Assembly (NCBI GenBank): GCA_037447605.1
Contig: CM074807.1
Coordinates: 4,111,993 to 4,175,992 of the forward strand
DNA: 64,000 nucleotides
DNA from: Zygnema circumcarinatum SAG 698-1b
Lineage: Eukaryota > Plantae > Zygnematophyceae
Direction of reading: 5' to 3'
The position numbers and the translations under genes were made by a program. The notes beneath the pieces were generated by a model. The model was not told the origin of the DNA, searched no databases, and saw only the letters and a program-made list of their open reading frames with translations. Shown in pieces: positions 11,847 through 30,280 of this stretch (within the stretch, counting starts at the first letter, position 1; each line of letters begins with the position of its first letter).

Positions 11847-12031
11847 TTCTATGGTGGCAACTGTTAATTGATTAGGCGCAGATTCTCGTTGGTTCTCACA
11901 GAATCTGAATGTTTGGAACCATGGAACGGGTGAGGGTGAACGGAACTACGGGCCATGGAACGGCCGAGGAGGGAGGAGGCAGGTCTGTGAGGGGGCTGCG
12001 GAAGGTGGGGGAGAGGGAAGGGCCGGCAGCC

Positions 12032-13847
12032 ATGGATGGGTGGGACAACTCCACTAAGTCGGCGGTTCAGAAGATTCCTCTGCTGACTGTCAGGGCGGGG
12101 CCCAGAGACGGGGAGGCGTGGAAGAAGCGGCTCAAGGAGGAGTATCAGGTGAGCAGGGAGTTGTAAGGCTCGTGTGGATTTTAGGGTTCGAATGGATATA
12201 GGGAGTGGGAATGCATAGAGCTGCAATAGTTTTTAATAATTTTATCTTTCTTTTTTCCTTTTTTTTTTTTTTAAATTTCCCGGTTGGGATTGAAAGTTTC
12301 TGCCAAAACTGCTTTAGCTGGGGTGAACTGGTTGTGAGTGCCTTTCGGATTAGGGTTAGGGCGGATCAGGATGGTGTTTATGGCTAGGGTGAAAGCGAGG
12401 ATGTCGTTTTTGAGATATGCTTTGCAATGGGGCTAAGGCCTGGTTCCGGACGGAGGTTGTGGTCGTGGTTTCACGTGTAGCTTCGATCAATGCAAGCTAA
12501 AAGTTTCTGGTCACCCTCTTCACGGGCCCTTTGGCAAAGTTAGTGTGATTATTCATTTGAGAGTTAGATTTATGTTAATATCTGAAGTTTTACTTGGGTT
12601 GACGTATGGGTCAGTTATACCTGTAATTTAAAGCGAAAGCTTCCTGTTTATGCCGTGCTTACGGGATCAAACTACATTATGAAGTCCCCCTTGATAGGTG
12701 TGATCTGGAGAACTCGTGAGTTGGATGAGCTGTGGTGTATCTTCCAACTTTTGTCAGGACGACCTCTTTGGAGGTCCTTCATCTCTGCATGAACTCATTT
12801 TCTTAGTAGATGATTAATAATGTCTAATGAATAGTACCGGATGCGGGAGTGTGACTAACTGTTGCCGTCTTGCTTAAGTAATTAGCTGGTCCTGTACTGG
12901 TTAAGGGAACGAGCTTTTTTTTTTCTGTCGGCTTCATTAGGGTCGCCCATTTCATTGGCTCCCTATTTCCGCTCTCCCTCCTTTTTCCTTGCTTTCATGA
13001 TAGTCTCATATCTTTCCTCAGAACTCTTCAGGAGGATACGGTAGGAAATACCAAAACTGGTGGACGAAGGCAAAGAAATTGCACCTTAACGTCTTGCAAA
13101 AGATAGGTAGTCTCTGTGCTATAGTATCTGCATTGGCAGAATATTTCTGCACTGACATGTGAATAACGGAGCTTTCGTCTTTTTCTCCTGAACTGCAATT
13201 TCTTAATTCGATACGTTCTCTAATTTTACTGCGGTGACATCTCTCTTGCGTTTGCTTGTAGGCGCTTATTTCGTACATTCAGATCAATAAAGCGAAGGAT
13301 AATGATTGGTTCTCTTTGAGTCCTGCCAATCCTGAGGGTACCAAGTGGAAGGGCAAGTGTTGGTACATATACAACCTCCTCAAATATGAATTCGATCTTC
13401 AATTCGACATTCCAGTCACATACCCAGCCACGGCTCCGGAGTTGGAGTTACCTGAACTAGATGGAAAGACAGCCAAGGCAAGATGAATACCTTGTTGGAA
13501 CCACTGGGAAGTTGGCGGGGCCAAAATTGGGGATTAATTTTCAACTGGCTCAGCGAAGCCTAACTTAACATGGCAGCATTTCTTACAGCAACATTATGGG
13601 TCTTTGGTTTCTTCATGGAATGACGGCTGCTGTCCGATGGGGGGTGCAGATGTATCGCGGAGGGAAGATTTGCCTCACCATCCACTTCAAACCTTTGTGG
13701 GCGAAGAATAGGTGAAATGACGGGGCCTGTTACATACTGTCAAAGCTTTCAAGAGTTAGTTTTTTACTATATGACGTGGGTCGCGCCTCGGCTTTTGTAT
13801 TTGCTTTTTCTGTTCCAACAGAAACGCCTTAGCCACAGCTACTCACT

Positions 13848-13943
<96 letters not shown>

Positions 13944-14141
13944 TCTCTTACGAGCATGTCTATGTTCGTAATTCTGATTCCATTGTGATTTGAATGACTT
14001 TGCAGCCCTCATTTTGGGATCGCCCATGCTCTCTGTCTGGGGATGGGGCCGTGGCTGGCCGCTGAAGTGCCCCACTTGGTGGACACGGGCGTGATCCAAC
14101 ACAAAGACAACATCCCAAAAGACAAGGCATCGACTTCTTGA
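12032..14141 (+). CDS. UFC1: Ufm1-conjugating enzyme 1 (4 exons)
   Basis: Exons 12032-12148 ([27 protein letters not shown]), 13262-13477 ([10 protein letters not shown]...[21 protein letters not shown] donor), 13650-13711 ([20 protein letters not shown]) and 14006-14141 ([22 protein letters not shown]). Confidence 0.96.
13849..13948 (+). repeat. (CT)n microsatellite in UFC1 intron 3
   Basis: About 100 bp of near-pure CT dinucleotide. Confidence 0.9.
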
Positions 14142-14187
14142 CCTCAAAGACAACATCCCAAAAGACAAGGCATCGACTTCTTGACCT
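14102..14187 (+). repeat. 43-bp tandem duplication spanning the UFC1 stop codon
   Basis: caaagacaacatcccaaaagacaaggcatcgacttcttgacct occurs at 14102-14144 and again at 14145-14187. Confidence 0.9.
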
Positions 14188-14591
14188 CATTTTGGCAGGA
14201 GAATAAAGATACGAGGGGCCACTACATTTAGGGGTTCCTTTTGTGTTTTTTAAAGTAGAGCTAGACCTAACTTTTGTATACGCTATTTTTGTCTTGATTT
14301 AAAACTGTAAATATCACGGCTGCCAGATGGATTGGTGGGTGTTAGACGAATCATGGATGGTTGCATATGTTGGGGAGGAGGTCAACCACTAATGAAGGTA
14401 AAGGAACTTTTGGACACATTGCATACGAATTCTCTGAGTAAATTCGCTCGATGTCAATTCCCTACCCATCTTATAGGAGTCGTCTAAGCATAGTCCTAAA
14501 AATCACAAACAAAAAAAGCCGAGGCAGCAAAAAAGTAGTGCCAGCCTAGCCTCTAAAGCTTCACTATGCCGACCTCAACCTTTGTGTCTAG

Positions 14592-15236
14592 TTACTGGTA
14601 GAAAACGAGGAAGAGCGGCAAGCACTGCTCGTTGGTTGAGATGACAGAGTGTCCATTCACCTGCATACAAGCACAGGAGATGATCTGAAGATAATGGAAA
14701 GTAAACCTTAACCACTACTGCCCCAGCTGCTGTGTCCCAAGCACGCCCTCTGATGTAATAGCTCGTGCACGTACCGACTTGGAGTTTGTGGAAATCACAC
14801 GCGCTATAAACATTGCTCGGATTGTCCCTATGCGTGTTCTTGCACAAACAATGGCACAGAGTTATGGCCAGGCCCACTTGCTAAAGCACTAAAGACCAAC
14901 CAAATGGATGAAAGGTGAAGTGACCCACCTCTTACATCGGTATAGCCATGTGAAATACTTGCGTGATATGCAAAATATAGACCGGATCTTGTCTTCCCCA
15001 CGTCGAATCCATTGTCAATGATGCTGACAAGGTGATGGTGCTTGGTACCATGAAACATGAGCCTCTCGTGTGAATGCAACGCCGGAAGTTCATGGACTAG
15101 GAACAAAGTTCCCATGGCACCTTTGGGCATCGACAGCCCTGAAGCTCTGCTCGATGTTGTCATTCTGTTAAGGCATGAAAAGTACGTATCTTCGACATTC
15201 CTGTTTCGCACAAGAAAGGCCTCCACCAGCACGTGC
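14592..15236 (-). pseudogene. PARP-like ADP-ribosyltransferase catalytic domain, copy 1 (frame appears disrupted; upstream exons unresolved to ~15900)
   Basis: LMFHGTKHHHLVSIIDNGFDVGKTRSGLYFAYHASISHGYT, then RAMFIARV in a shifted frame. A spliced last exon reads VNGHSVISTNEQCLPLFLVFYQ*. These follow the order of PARP fold motifs (HGT, YFA, FLARV, Q-xP-xLxxY). Confidence 0.7.
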
Positions 15237-16339
15237 CTGAAAGAACCATGAAGACGAAACGGAGTAGTCAACACTTTGAAAACATTGACCATTGTGGATT
15301 CAAATTGACATAATGAATAGCAACAATAGTTACAAAGAAAGACGAAGAACCTCGTGCACGTTGATAAGGTACACCTCAAGTTAGACTGAAAAAATACGCA
15401 ATACCATGAGAACCTTAAAGGAGTTCCGTTATGCTCTGCTGCTCTACGAGCCAGCATTGGCCGCTGAAAGGATTGTTAAAACTTCAGCACACAGCCAGAG
15501 GTTACCACTATCAGCAGTTGCAAGACCTGTTTGGAAGATGAAAAATCACATACCCTGGGAGAAGAGCTTGCAGCGCCGATGTGTCTGCACACAAAGGCTG
15601 AACATACATTGACATTGAGAGGCAGCAGGAGCCCAAATAGAGCAGCAACTGCTTCACAAACAATCTCACCGCTTATTATCTCCTTGTTTCCGACAGGAGG
15701 TTCGAAAAGCTTGCAATAGACATCATTGCTTGCACGCCCACTTTTTAATCCCGTAAAATTCATGCTCGGAAGCGAGATACCCACCTACAGCAAGGAGGTT
15801 CCCATTAGTGTGCGCCTTCGTGCAAGCCTTTCTTGCATCGATAGAGCGAATGCATGAATAATTGTAGCAGTGCCCGTAGGCGCCGAAGGACTCCATTGAT
15901 CTAGTTGCCCTTCTCTGTTTTACTTCGCAAATGGTGGAACGCAGTCCCTCTCAGTCTCCCTTGCTCCCTCCCCGTCTCCCAATTCAAGTCGGTGGGCAAC
16001 TTGCATGCGTACATCCACGAAGCGCGTTGTGGAGAACCTCGAAATCCTCCGATCAGCAAGGCGCTGCATGGCCGGCGACCGCACGCCCCTGCATGGCCGA
16101 AGCTTGCTCATGCAACTTTAGTAAAAGGGAGGGTCCCGTTCGGCCCAAATGAGAAAGCCGTACGCCCATCCATGCTCACCGCGCGTGATGTCTTCGGCTT
16201 TCCATGGTCTCGTTCTTCATCTTGTTTTCTATCGTTGGGATAGGAACAACAATATGAGAGGAGGCGCTGTACATAAAGAGGTGGCAAATCGAATGAAGTT
16301 GTTTCGTGGCCCCTAAGACTTTGTGCTCAATCTTTAGAG

Positions 16340-16460
16340 TATCCATGTTGATGTTGTCTATGGGACCGTCGCCTATGGGAACAGCTACCGAAGTACCCCA
16401 CTTGGTGAACCGGCCGTGACCCAACGCACCGTCCCAAACGACAAGGTATCGACTTCGTGA
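16340..16460 (+). pseudogene. Degenerate copy of the UFC1 last exon
   Basis: gaagtaccccacttggtg...gacaaggtatcgacttcgtga aligns to UFC1 gaagtgccccacttggtg...gacaaggcatcgacttcttga. The following 3'-UTR-like sequence also matches. Earlier exons are absent. Confidence 0.75.
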
Positions 16461-16985
16461 CTGAAGGAGGTGCAAAGGACCATTACGTTTGGGGCTGTTT
16501 TTGTGTCGAAGTCAAGTCAATCAAGTCTTCGCTGATTACTGCTATACCTATTTTTTGCATACGCTCTTTGGCTTTTTGCTTCAGAATTATAAATACCATA
16601 TAGTTACTTTTGCTGACAAAACGATGGATGGATGGTGAATGGTTGGGTGGGTGTTGGACAGATGATGGAGGACTGAATGATTAAGGAACAGCAGCAACAG
16701 CAACAAATGAAGGCAAGGGAACGTTTTTGGCACAGCGCATTTCTAAAAGCTTGACCCCGAGTTCAGCCCCAGCTAGTTTTAAGGGATGCTGCAAGTACAA
16801 GTGAGCAAACTTTCTGGGTGCCCATTTCCTACATCTGATGACGCTTTGTTTCTTTATCCTCGTATACTTTGAAGAAACTCGTCAAGTACAGTCAAGCCAA
16901 AAGCAAAAAAAAACTGAGGCACCGATAGAAAAAAACGTGACAAGCTTAGCCTCTGACCTCTACCCACTTCATATGTGGCTGCTGT

Positions 16986-17639
16986 CTACTTGTAAAAGAC
17001 GAGGAAAATGGGCTAGCACGGCTCACTAGTTAAGAACACAGTATGCCCTCTCACCTGCATACAAGCAAGCACGGAAGATGATGTGATCAAAGGCTACAGA
17101 CTCTGCCTGCTTGGAGGACGGTAGCAAATGGTGCCCCAGCTGCTATGTTTCAAACAGACCTCTCTGAAGAAGAAGCTCGGGCACGTACCGAGGTTGCCTT
17201 TGTGGAGTTCACACGCGCTATGAACATTGCTCGAACGGCTGCATGCCCAAACAGTCGCACAGAGTTATGGCGAGGCAGAAAAGACCAAGCAAGCAAACGA
17301 ACATGCTGAAGGATTGAAGGCAGGGGCGAAGCACCTTCTTCGTTTCTGTCGGTGTATTCATGCGAAACAGATGCGTTCTGTGCGAAGAATAGCCCGGACA
17401 GTGTCTTCCGCACATCGAATCCATGGTCGATGATGCCGAGGAGGTGAGCGTGCTTGGTGCCATGAAACATGAGCTGCTCATGTGGCTGCAAACTTTCGAT
17501 TCCGAAGTCTCGGAGCAGAGTGCCCAGGGCCCCTAAGGTCAAGGGACGTCTGGTCGAAGTTGTTATGCCGTTACGGCATGCAAAGTAAGATTCTTCAACT
17601 TTCTTATTCCGCACAACATAAGCCTCTACCAGCACGAAT
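16986..17639 (-). pseudogene. PARP-like ADP-ribosyltransferase catalytic domain, copy 2 (internal stop in last exon)
   Basis: QLMFHGTKHAHLLGIIDHGFDVRKTLSGLFFAQNASVSHEYTD...RAMFIARV. It has the same phase-2 acceptor as copy 1. The last exon VRGHTVFLTSEPC*PIFLVFYK* contains an in-frame TAG. Confidence 0.72.
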
Positions 17640-19145
17640 CTGAGCAAACCGAACCGAACAAAAAAAAAAAAAAAAAAAAATCAAGCCTAACCGTGCACCG
17701 TGAACCGTGCAAGCGGATCAGTAAAGTAAGCTCATTTGAAAAAGTTCAACCATGTCCTCAAAATCGACATCGCGAGTGGCAGCAATATCAGGAGAAGGAG
17801 CTCCCTGGAACATCGAGAAGGTAAGGAATGCTCGAAAAGAATGCAACCGGTGGATGTAAAGAATTTTCAAGTCTGAACGGACAGCCTGCAAATACTAAGA
17901 TCACCAGTTGTAAGGTGCTTTTTGGAAGTCGGAAAATTCACATACCCCGGCAGAAAAGCCTCCAGCGGTGACGTATCTGCACAAAAACGATGGAGCATGT
18001 TTTCGAAATTGAGTGGGAGCACTTGTGCAGTCAGAGCACCATGTACTCGCTTTACCGCTTAGCAACTCTTTCTTTCCAGCAGATCTTTCCGCCCAGTCTT
18101 TCAAAAAGCAGAGCAATAGACAGCACTGCTTGCATGGAGACTCAACAGCAAAACCTCCACCACAGTAAGATATCCGCAAGTTTCACTTTCAGAAGCGACA
18201 TACCCACCTTCAACAGTAACGAGGTTCCCAAGAGCATGCACTCGCGTACAACCCTTTCTTGAAGCGCAAGAGTAAAGGCACGAGTGATTGAAACAGTCCT
18301 TTTGCGGCGAATAGGAAGGCAAGAATGCCATTGGACACCCCTTTCTCCCCGTGCTCTACTACGCAAGCGGTGGAGCCCAGTCCTCGTCCTCCACTCTTGA
18401 ATCTCTCCCTTGGCCTCGACCGTGCCGGGCGACCTGCCGCCTCATCGGAAGCCTCCAAACTGCATGGCGTTGCATGGCCGGTCTCCGCTTGCGCTCTAAG
18501 CAACATAGAGGCATATCACGCGGGGGTTGGCTTTACCGAGGAGGTGACGATCTTGTTCTCCTTGTTCAAAAACATGAGGAACAGGTCGAAAATGTGGAAG
18601 GTTAGCAATTTACATGAGCATGTCGAGGGAGGCCTTTTCACAGTTCTATGCTCACTCTTCCGCTTGCCCAGTTGCGTGCTGTCTCCACATGCTGAAGTAA
18701 ATTGCTTTATAAGTCAACTTACTGAAAAAAAACCCTTGGCTTGCATTGTCGACGCAGAGTACAGTGTGGTTGCTTGACTGCGCTTTTGTTTGCATATGCA
18801 CGAACAAGCTCAGCCATCCTTTCGAAGTTGACGCATGGGAACCATCAGACACATGAAATGGTGATATTTCTCGAAGGACCGGCGGCCGTCACTTCATATA
18901 CTCGCGAGACCTTTTGGCACTCATTCCTATACAACGCCTTGTCGCGACACACTCAGTTTCTATCCCTAAGGGGTTGAGCATGTACAACAGCAACAACAGC
19001 AAACCCTAAAACCAGCAGCTCCGAGTGGATCGATCGATTCACCGCAGGCCCCAGATACAATGCACGGCAGCAGCTTCCATGGTCCGGGCAGCGAGCGCCG
19101 GTCTGAATGCGGCCATTGAAATGGCCTTCAAGTCAACTCTTCGTA

Positions 19146-24990
<5,845 letters not shown>

Positions 24991-26352
24991 GCTGGCGAAT
25001 GCGTGTTGAACGAAGCAGATGCGGAGCAATCTATTCTTGCAAACCAAGAGATGTGAGACGGCATGCAGATGCAGGAGTATTGAAGGAGGGCTCCGACTCC
25101 GACTCCGACTCCAGCTCCAGCTCCAGCTTCAGCTCTGAGTCTGGAGCAGCAAAAATGGCGGGAATGGGCTTTGAAGAGAAAGGGGCGGCCAGACCCAGAG
25201 GGAGCTCCATGTGCACTGCCCGTAGAGCGTTAGCAAATTAAAGAGCGAGAACCGTGATATATTTTTCAAAGTGTGAACAGGTTTTGTCGAGAACGAACTG
25301 CTGTCACATGTTCGTTTTTACGGGATACATGTAGTAGCAGTTCGTTTCGCCGTAAAAAAGGTTTCGGAGCATATCAGAGGTGTGGTTCATGGATACGGTG
25401 GGCCCCATCACCTCAACTGTACCGCCAGCCGGTTGGCCGGCCTCGCGTCCCACCGATCCGGCACCGACACGGCGCACCGACATTGTGACGGCCGGTATGG
25501 TCGGCGGCTGGAGATTTGTCGTTTATAACGGCTACTGTTTCTTATTCCCTGTCAGACAGACAGATATGCACTGTGCCCTCATCTCCGCAAGTTTGGGAGA
25601 TTTGGGGAATGAAATCTGGCGGCGGAGGAGATCTCACCGTCCATTCACTTAAGCGCACAGGTTAGTCCCTATCTCATACTATGCACCAACTTGCACGATG
25701 TTGCTCCAGACGTCGCTGAAATGTTGGAAAGTATGCAGGTCGGTGCGACCAATCAGACGCGCGCATCCGCTGCCACCGACCTACCTTTCATCAATCGAAC
25801 GGTCGTCGTAGTCCGCACCGACAACGCATCTCAGAGCTGCTCAAGATTCTATCCAATTTCAAATCTTCAGTATTTGCTAAAAATTCCAGAGACAAAAAGC
25901 AGTCACAAAAAAACCGTACAGCTCTTGTCCAAACCTAATTTCCGACCAATCAGCATCGAGTAAAGATCGAACCCTCACTTTTCTGGAACCCAAAAAAGTT
26001 CGAATCCTCCCCAAACCTGGTTTGCATACGTCAATTTTTGCGCTGCTTCAACGTCATCACTGCGGACAAAGTGGACTTTGACAGAGATCACCCGTACGAA
26101 CAATCTGTACGATTGTACCGAATCATTGTACTTGCATGTCCGACAACTTACGAGCTGTACGAACAAGGCGCGGTTCGTACCGTCCGTCCATCCTGATGCA
26201 GGGCGCCGCCTCTCGTCCAAAAGTGCTCCAAAAAAAAAAAGAAAAACGACCAAGAAAAAAAAGCACTTGTTGGGGTGCTGCAAACACTGGAGGAGGAGGA
26301 GGAGGAGGAGGAGGAGAAGTGAAAAAAAGGGGAGATTGTGTGTATAGTACGG

Positions 26353-26416
<64 letters not shown>

Positions 26417-26848
26417 TAGAGAGAGAGACCTGTGAGCATGCATGCATGTGCAAGCAGAGGCAGGAAGAAGCAGGCCCTGCTCGTTCTTGCTTCGTCTTCT
26501 TCCGGAGAAATAAACCCTCCGCCTCCTGCTCTCCTTTGTCTCTGCTGACAGTCGCCTGTTCTTGCGCCTTCGTTTCGCGCCTTCTCGGTTATGCTTCTGC
26601 TCTAAGCAAGTTGACTCGTGTCTCGCTTTTCAGCGTGGAAGTATCACAGAATCATTGCCTGCTTTATTATCATTCTCAATATAGCTGAATAAGGACCCCT
26701 TCACTCTCACTCTCGCCCTCTCCCTTTGACTCTTTCTCCCTTCTCTCTCTCTTCTCTCTCTCCCTCTCTCTCTCTCCCTCCCTCTCCCTCTCTCTCTCTC
26801 CCTCTCTCTCTCCCTCCTCCCACCCTCAAAGAAGTACTGCTGATCTCG

Positions 26849-29800
26849 ATGCAGCTGAAGCACTTCTTTGACCCCTTCCAGCTTCCCCCAAAGCAGTGGC
26901 GACATGCATGCCTGCCATTATGGTTTGCATTTCTCATCGCCCTCAACGCCATGCATGCGCATGCCGCTTCCGCCGACAGCGTCCGCTTGGACCTGTCGAA
27001 GCGATCTCTCGCCGTCATCTCCAACAAGCTCTTCAAGCTCACTCTCTCAAGGCCGGCGGGCCAAGTGGTGGGGATCGCCTATGGAGGGCGAGCCAACCTC
27101 ATGGCGGAGCTCCCTCCCGGAGTTCCATGGCGGGGGTCCGATCCGGGAGATAATGGCGCCACAAGTGGGCCTCCCGGGGGAGCCCTGGGGGATAGAGGCT
27201 ACTTTGATGCACATTGGGGGCCAGATTCGGAATATGATCGCTTTATTTGCACCTCAATGAAGGCAAGAGAATCCTCTCTCTTTACTTGGGCGGAGAGAGC
27301 TTTTGGAGCTTTCAGAGCTTGAGTGTTCGAGTTGCCTTGCTTTTCTTTGGGTTTCTGCTGTGTCAATGGGTGGAGAAAGAAGAAGGACATATCTTATTGG
27401 TTGGAAGTTTGTAGTTGTTGCGGTTTTACTCACAGAGAGAAAGCGAGGGGCAAAAGTTGAGATCATAACATGCATGTGTCGGATTCAAAGCCGAAACCTT
27501 CGGAATGATATATGTCATAGCTGTGGAGCTGTAATCTAAAATCTGCGAAGCTACTTAAGACAGGGAGACCAGCAATCTGAGAGACTCCCTACTTTCTCGT
27601 GCAGATTATTACGAATACCGAAGACCGTGTCACGCTTTCTTTCCGAAGAGCCTGGATCGGAAACGAGAAGCTTCTGCCTGTGAACATTGACATTCGCTAT
27701 AGTGTGACAAAAGGGGCGCCATCCTTTTATTCGTACATCGCTCTCGACCACAACGCCAGCATGCCGGCAGCTGCCATAGAGGAACTTCGGTTCGTCCTGA
27801 AGCTGAATCCCCAGGTAACATTTTCCCCTAAAAAGAGCCTAGGAAAAAAGGTATTTATTTCACCTGCAGTTTTGGGATGACTGCTAAGTTTACGTGCGCA
27901 AAACATGGAGATTGTGAAGTACGTTCTGAGCTATCTGTTTTCATAACTTGGAAACTTGCAAACAAGGAACTCATGCACCAGCAATTCTTGTCACTCCATA
28001 GTAAGCCTCTCTCGGGCTAGGAGGGGGAATGACTCGGTTTTCCAAAAACCTGATCTTCTGATGCGGTCCACAATGCTCTTTGCTCTTTGTATCATACTTC
28101 TTTTTGGCAGCACTTCGTGTATTCAGCAGTCACCAGGGACCGCCAACGGCTAATGCCTGAGTTCGGCGATCGGAGCAAGGAGCGAAGTGAGCCCACTCTC
28201 ATTCCTGAAGCTCGGCGGCTCATCAATCCACGAGACTCGCAGTTCAAGGTATTTTTCTCCTCTATCAGATCCTGCAGGTTCTGCGGGCCCATAGTTGCAG
28301 CCTGGCAAACAGTTAGCATAGTCAGTTAGTTAGTTAGTTATATATAGTTAGTTAGTTAGCATAGTTCTTAGAGGACGAGGGTTGCAGCAGCTTCATAAGC
28401 TGCGCATTGTCAGTTCCGTTTTTCCGTTCTCTGTGGGACCTCATCCGAAGCTGGTGGTCTGTGACTTTTTTGGGAATGAAAATCAGCTGTCGTTCGATGA
28501 CAAGTATCACTACCTCAGTCAGAACCAATTCCAGCTTATGTACGGGTGGGTCACTAACGGCAGCACGAAGGTTGGATTGTGGGCTATTAATCCGCACAAG
28601 TATGAGTATGCTGGAGGTGGCCCCCTCAAGCAGGACCTCACAGTGCAGGTAACTGTCAACATATTCTGCCATTCCCTCCAGTTTCTTCTGCTGTAAGCTG
28701 TCAAAAGGATACCCCTGCTTCAGTTTTTTGTATAGCTTGCAGAAAAATCCGGTTTTTCTTTATTGTAATTCATTCAAGTCTTTCTGAGACAAGAAGCTTC
28801 TCTATCTCATTTCACGAATTATGGTGCAGACTGGGCCCTACCTGCTGAACATGCTGCATTCAGGACACCTGGGAACTCCTGCGATATCATTGAGGGCGAA
28901 TAGCAACTGGAAAAAGGTATATGGACCTTTTTGCATACATTTGAACCAGGGAAATGGGAGCTACAGCAGTCTCTGGAGAGCTGCTGCGCCAGTTTCCGTC
29001 AAGGAGTATCAGAGCTGGCCATACTATTGGGCGTCAACCAATTCCTTGGCAAAATATTATCCCATAGAAGGTACGGTTGTACGCAGTTTGCTGCGTTAGC
29101 TTTGGACCCGTCATCAGGCTGCAATCGCAAGTGTAACCGGGGCTTAATTGTTGCTTGAAATGCACCGTGACTGCTTTTCTATCCTCATATGCCGTCGCCA
29201 TTGTCTATCTCCTTGCCAACTGTTACTTAGTAGTACTCTTTAGTTTCTTCATTAAGAGTTTTGACGGAGCATGCTGCCGCTGCATTTGCAGGCAACCGTG
29301 GCACGGTCAAAGGACGATTGGTCGTCAGTGATCCCTTCTTCAAGGCCTCCTCTTTGGACCTGCGACAGGCATGGTTAGGGTTAGGGGCAAAGCGCCGGAA
29401 AGCAGGATATTCCTATTTTCACGAGGTGAAATATTATCAATACTGGGCCCGGCCAAAACAACGCAAAGGGTTATTCCGATTGCAACATGTGCGACCCGGC
29501 ACATACACCTTTTATGCCTTCGTGCCGGGTGTGTTGGGAGACTTCATATATAACCAGTCAGTCGTTGTGAAACGGCGGAAAACAGTTGACTTGGGTGATG
29601 TGGTGTTCAGACCTGCCCGCGGCGGCGCTACACTATGGGACATTGGAATTGCAGACCGTTCAGCTGCTGAGTTTTTTGTCCCCCCTCTCAATCCCTTAAG
29701 CCCTTACCCGTATCCAACAAGCAGCCCCGATAGGTTTCGGAACTATGGCTCGTGGGCTGTTTTTGAAAAGATTTACCCTAAGGTGGATCCAATCTTCACT

Positions 29801-30280
29801 GTGGGCTATTCAAATTACTCCAAAGACTGGTATTTTGTGCATCCGGTGAGGAGGTCTGGGAAGAAGTATGTTTCTGTCACGTTTACCATTGTCTTCTATT
29901 TATCGACTCAGCTCGCAAAGGCAAAGGCAAAGGCGAAGAAAGCGAGCTCAAATCCTTCCAGGGTTTTCGCATTAGTCAAGGGCACGTATGTGCTTCATAT
30001 AGCAGTTGCTTCTTCGACTCAAGCAGGGCTTCAAGTCCGAGTGAATGACCCTCTTGCCGAGCCTCTCATCGACTCCGCGAGCTGCAAGTGTGCCGTTGTG
30101 GCAAATGATGGAGGCATGGCTCGAGCCACGGATCAAGGATATTACACTCTCTACAGCATACCCGTCAGTAGCTCACTTCTCAAAAGTGGTGCCAACAGGT
30201 TCTATTTGACGCAGCGGCGGACGGGCTCCTTTTTGTACTCCATCATGTATGACTATATTCGATTTGACGGGCCTTCTTAG
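26849..30280 (+). CDS. Rhamnogalacturonan (RG-I) lyase, polysaccharide lyase family 4, secreted
   Basis: Signal-like N-terminus, then DRGYFDAHW, NIDIRYSVTKGAPSFYSY, RQRLMP, DDKYHY, EYAGGGPLKQDLT, WKKVYGPF, VRPGTYTFYAFVPGVLGDF, LWDIGIADRSAAEFFVP and YDYIRFDGP*. This is the motif series of plant RG lyases. Intron 1 uses a GC donor at 27263. Confidence 0.92.

Noticed and set aside
25031-25216. Short ORF with ELELESESES repeat upstream of FEN1
   Set aside because: It derives from a 6-bp simple repeat in the probable 5' leader. There is no independent support for translation.
25460-25825. Four ACCGAC (DRE/CRT-like) motifs between FEN1 and the RG lyase
   Set aside because: A short motif in locally GC-rich sequence that could occur by chance.
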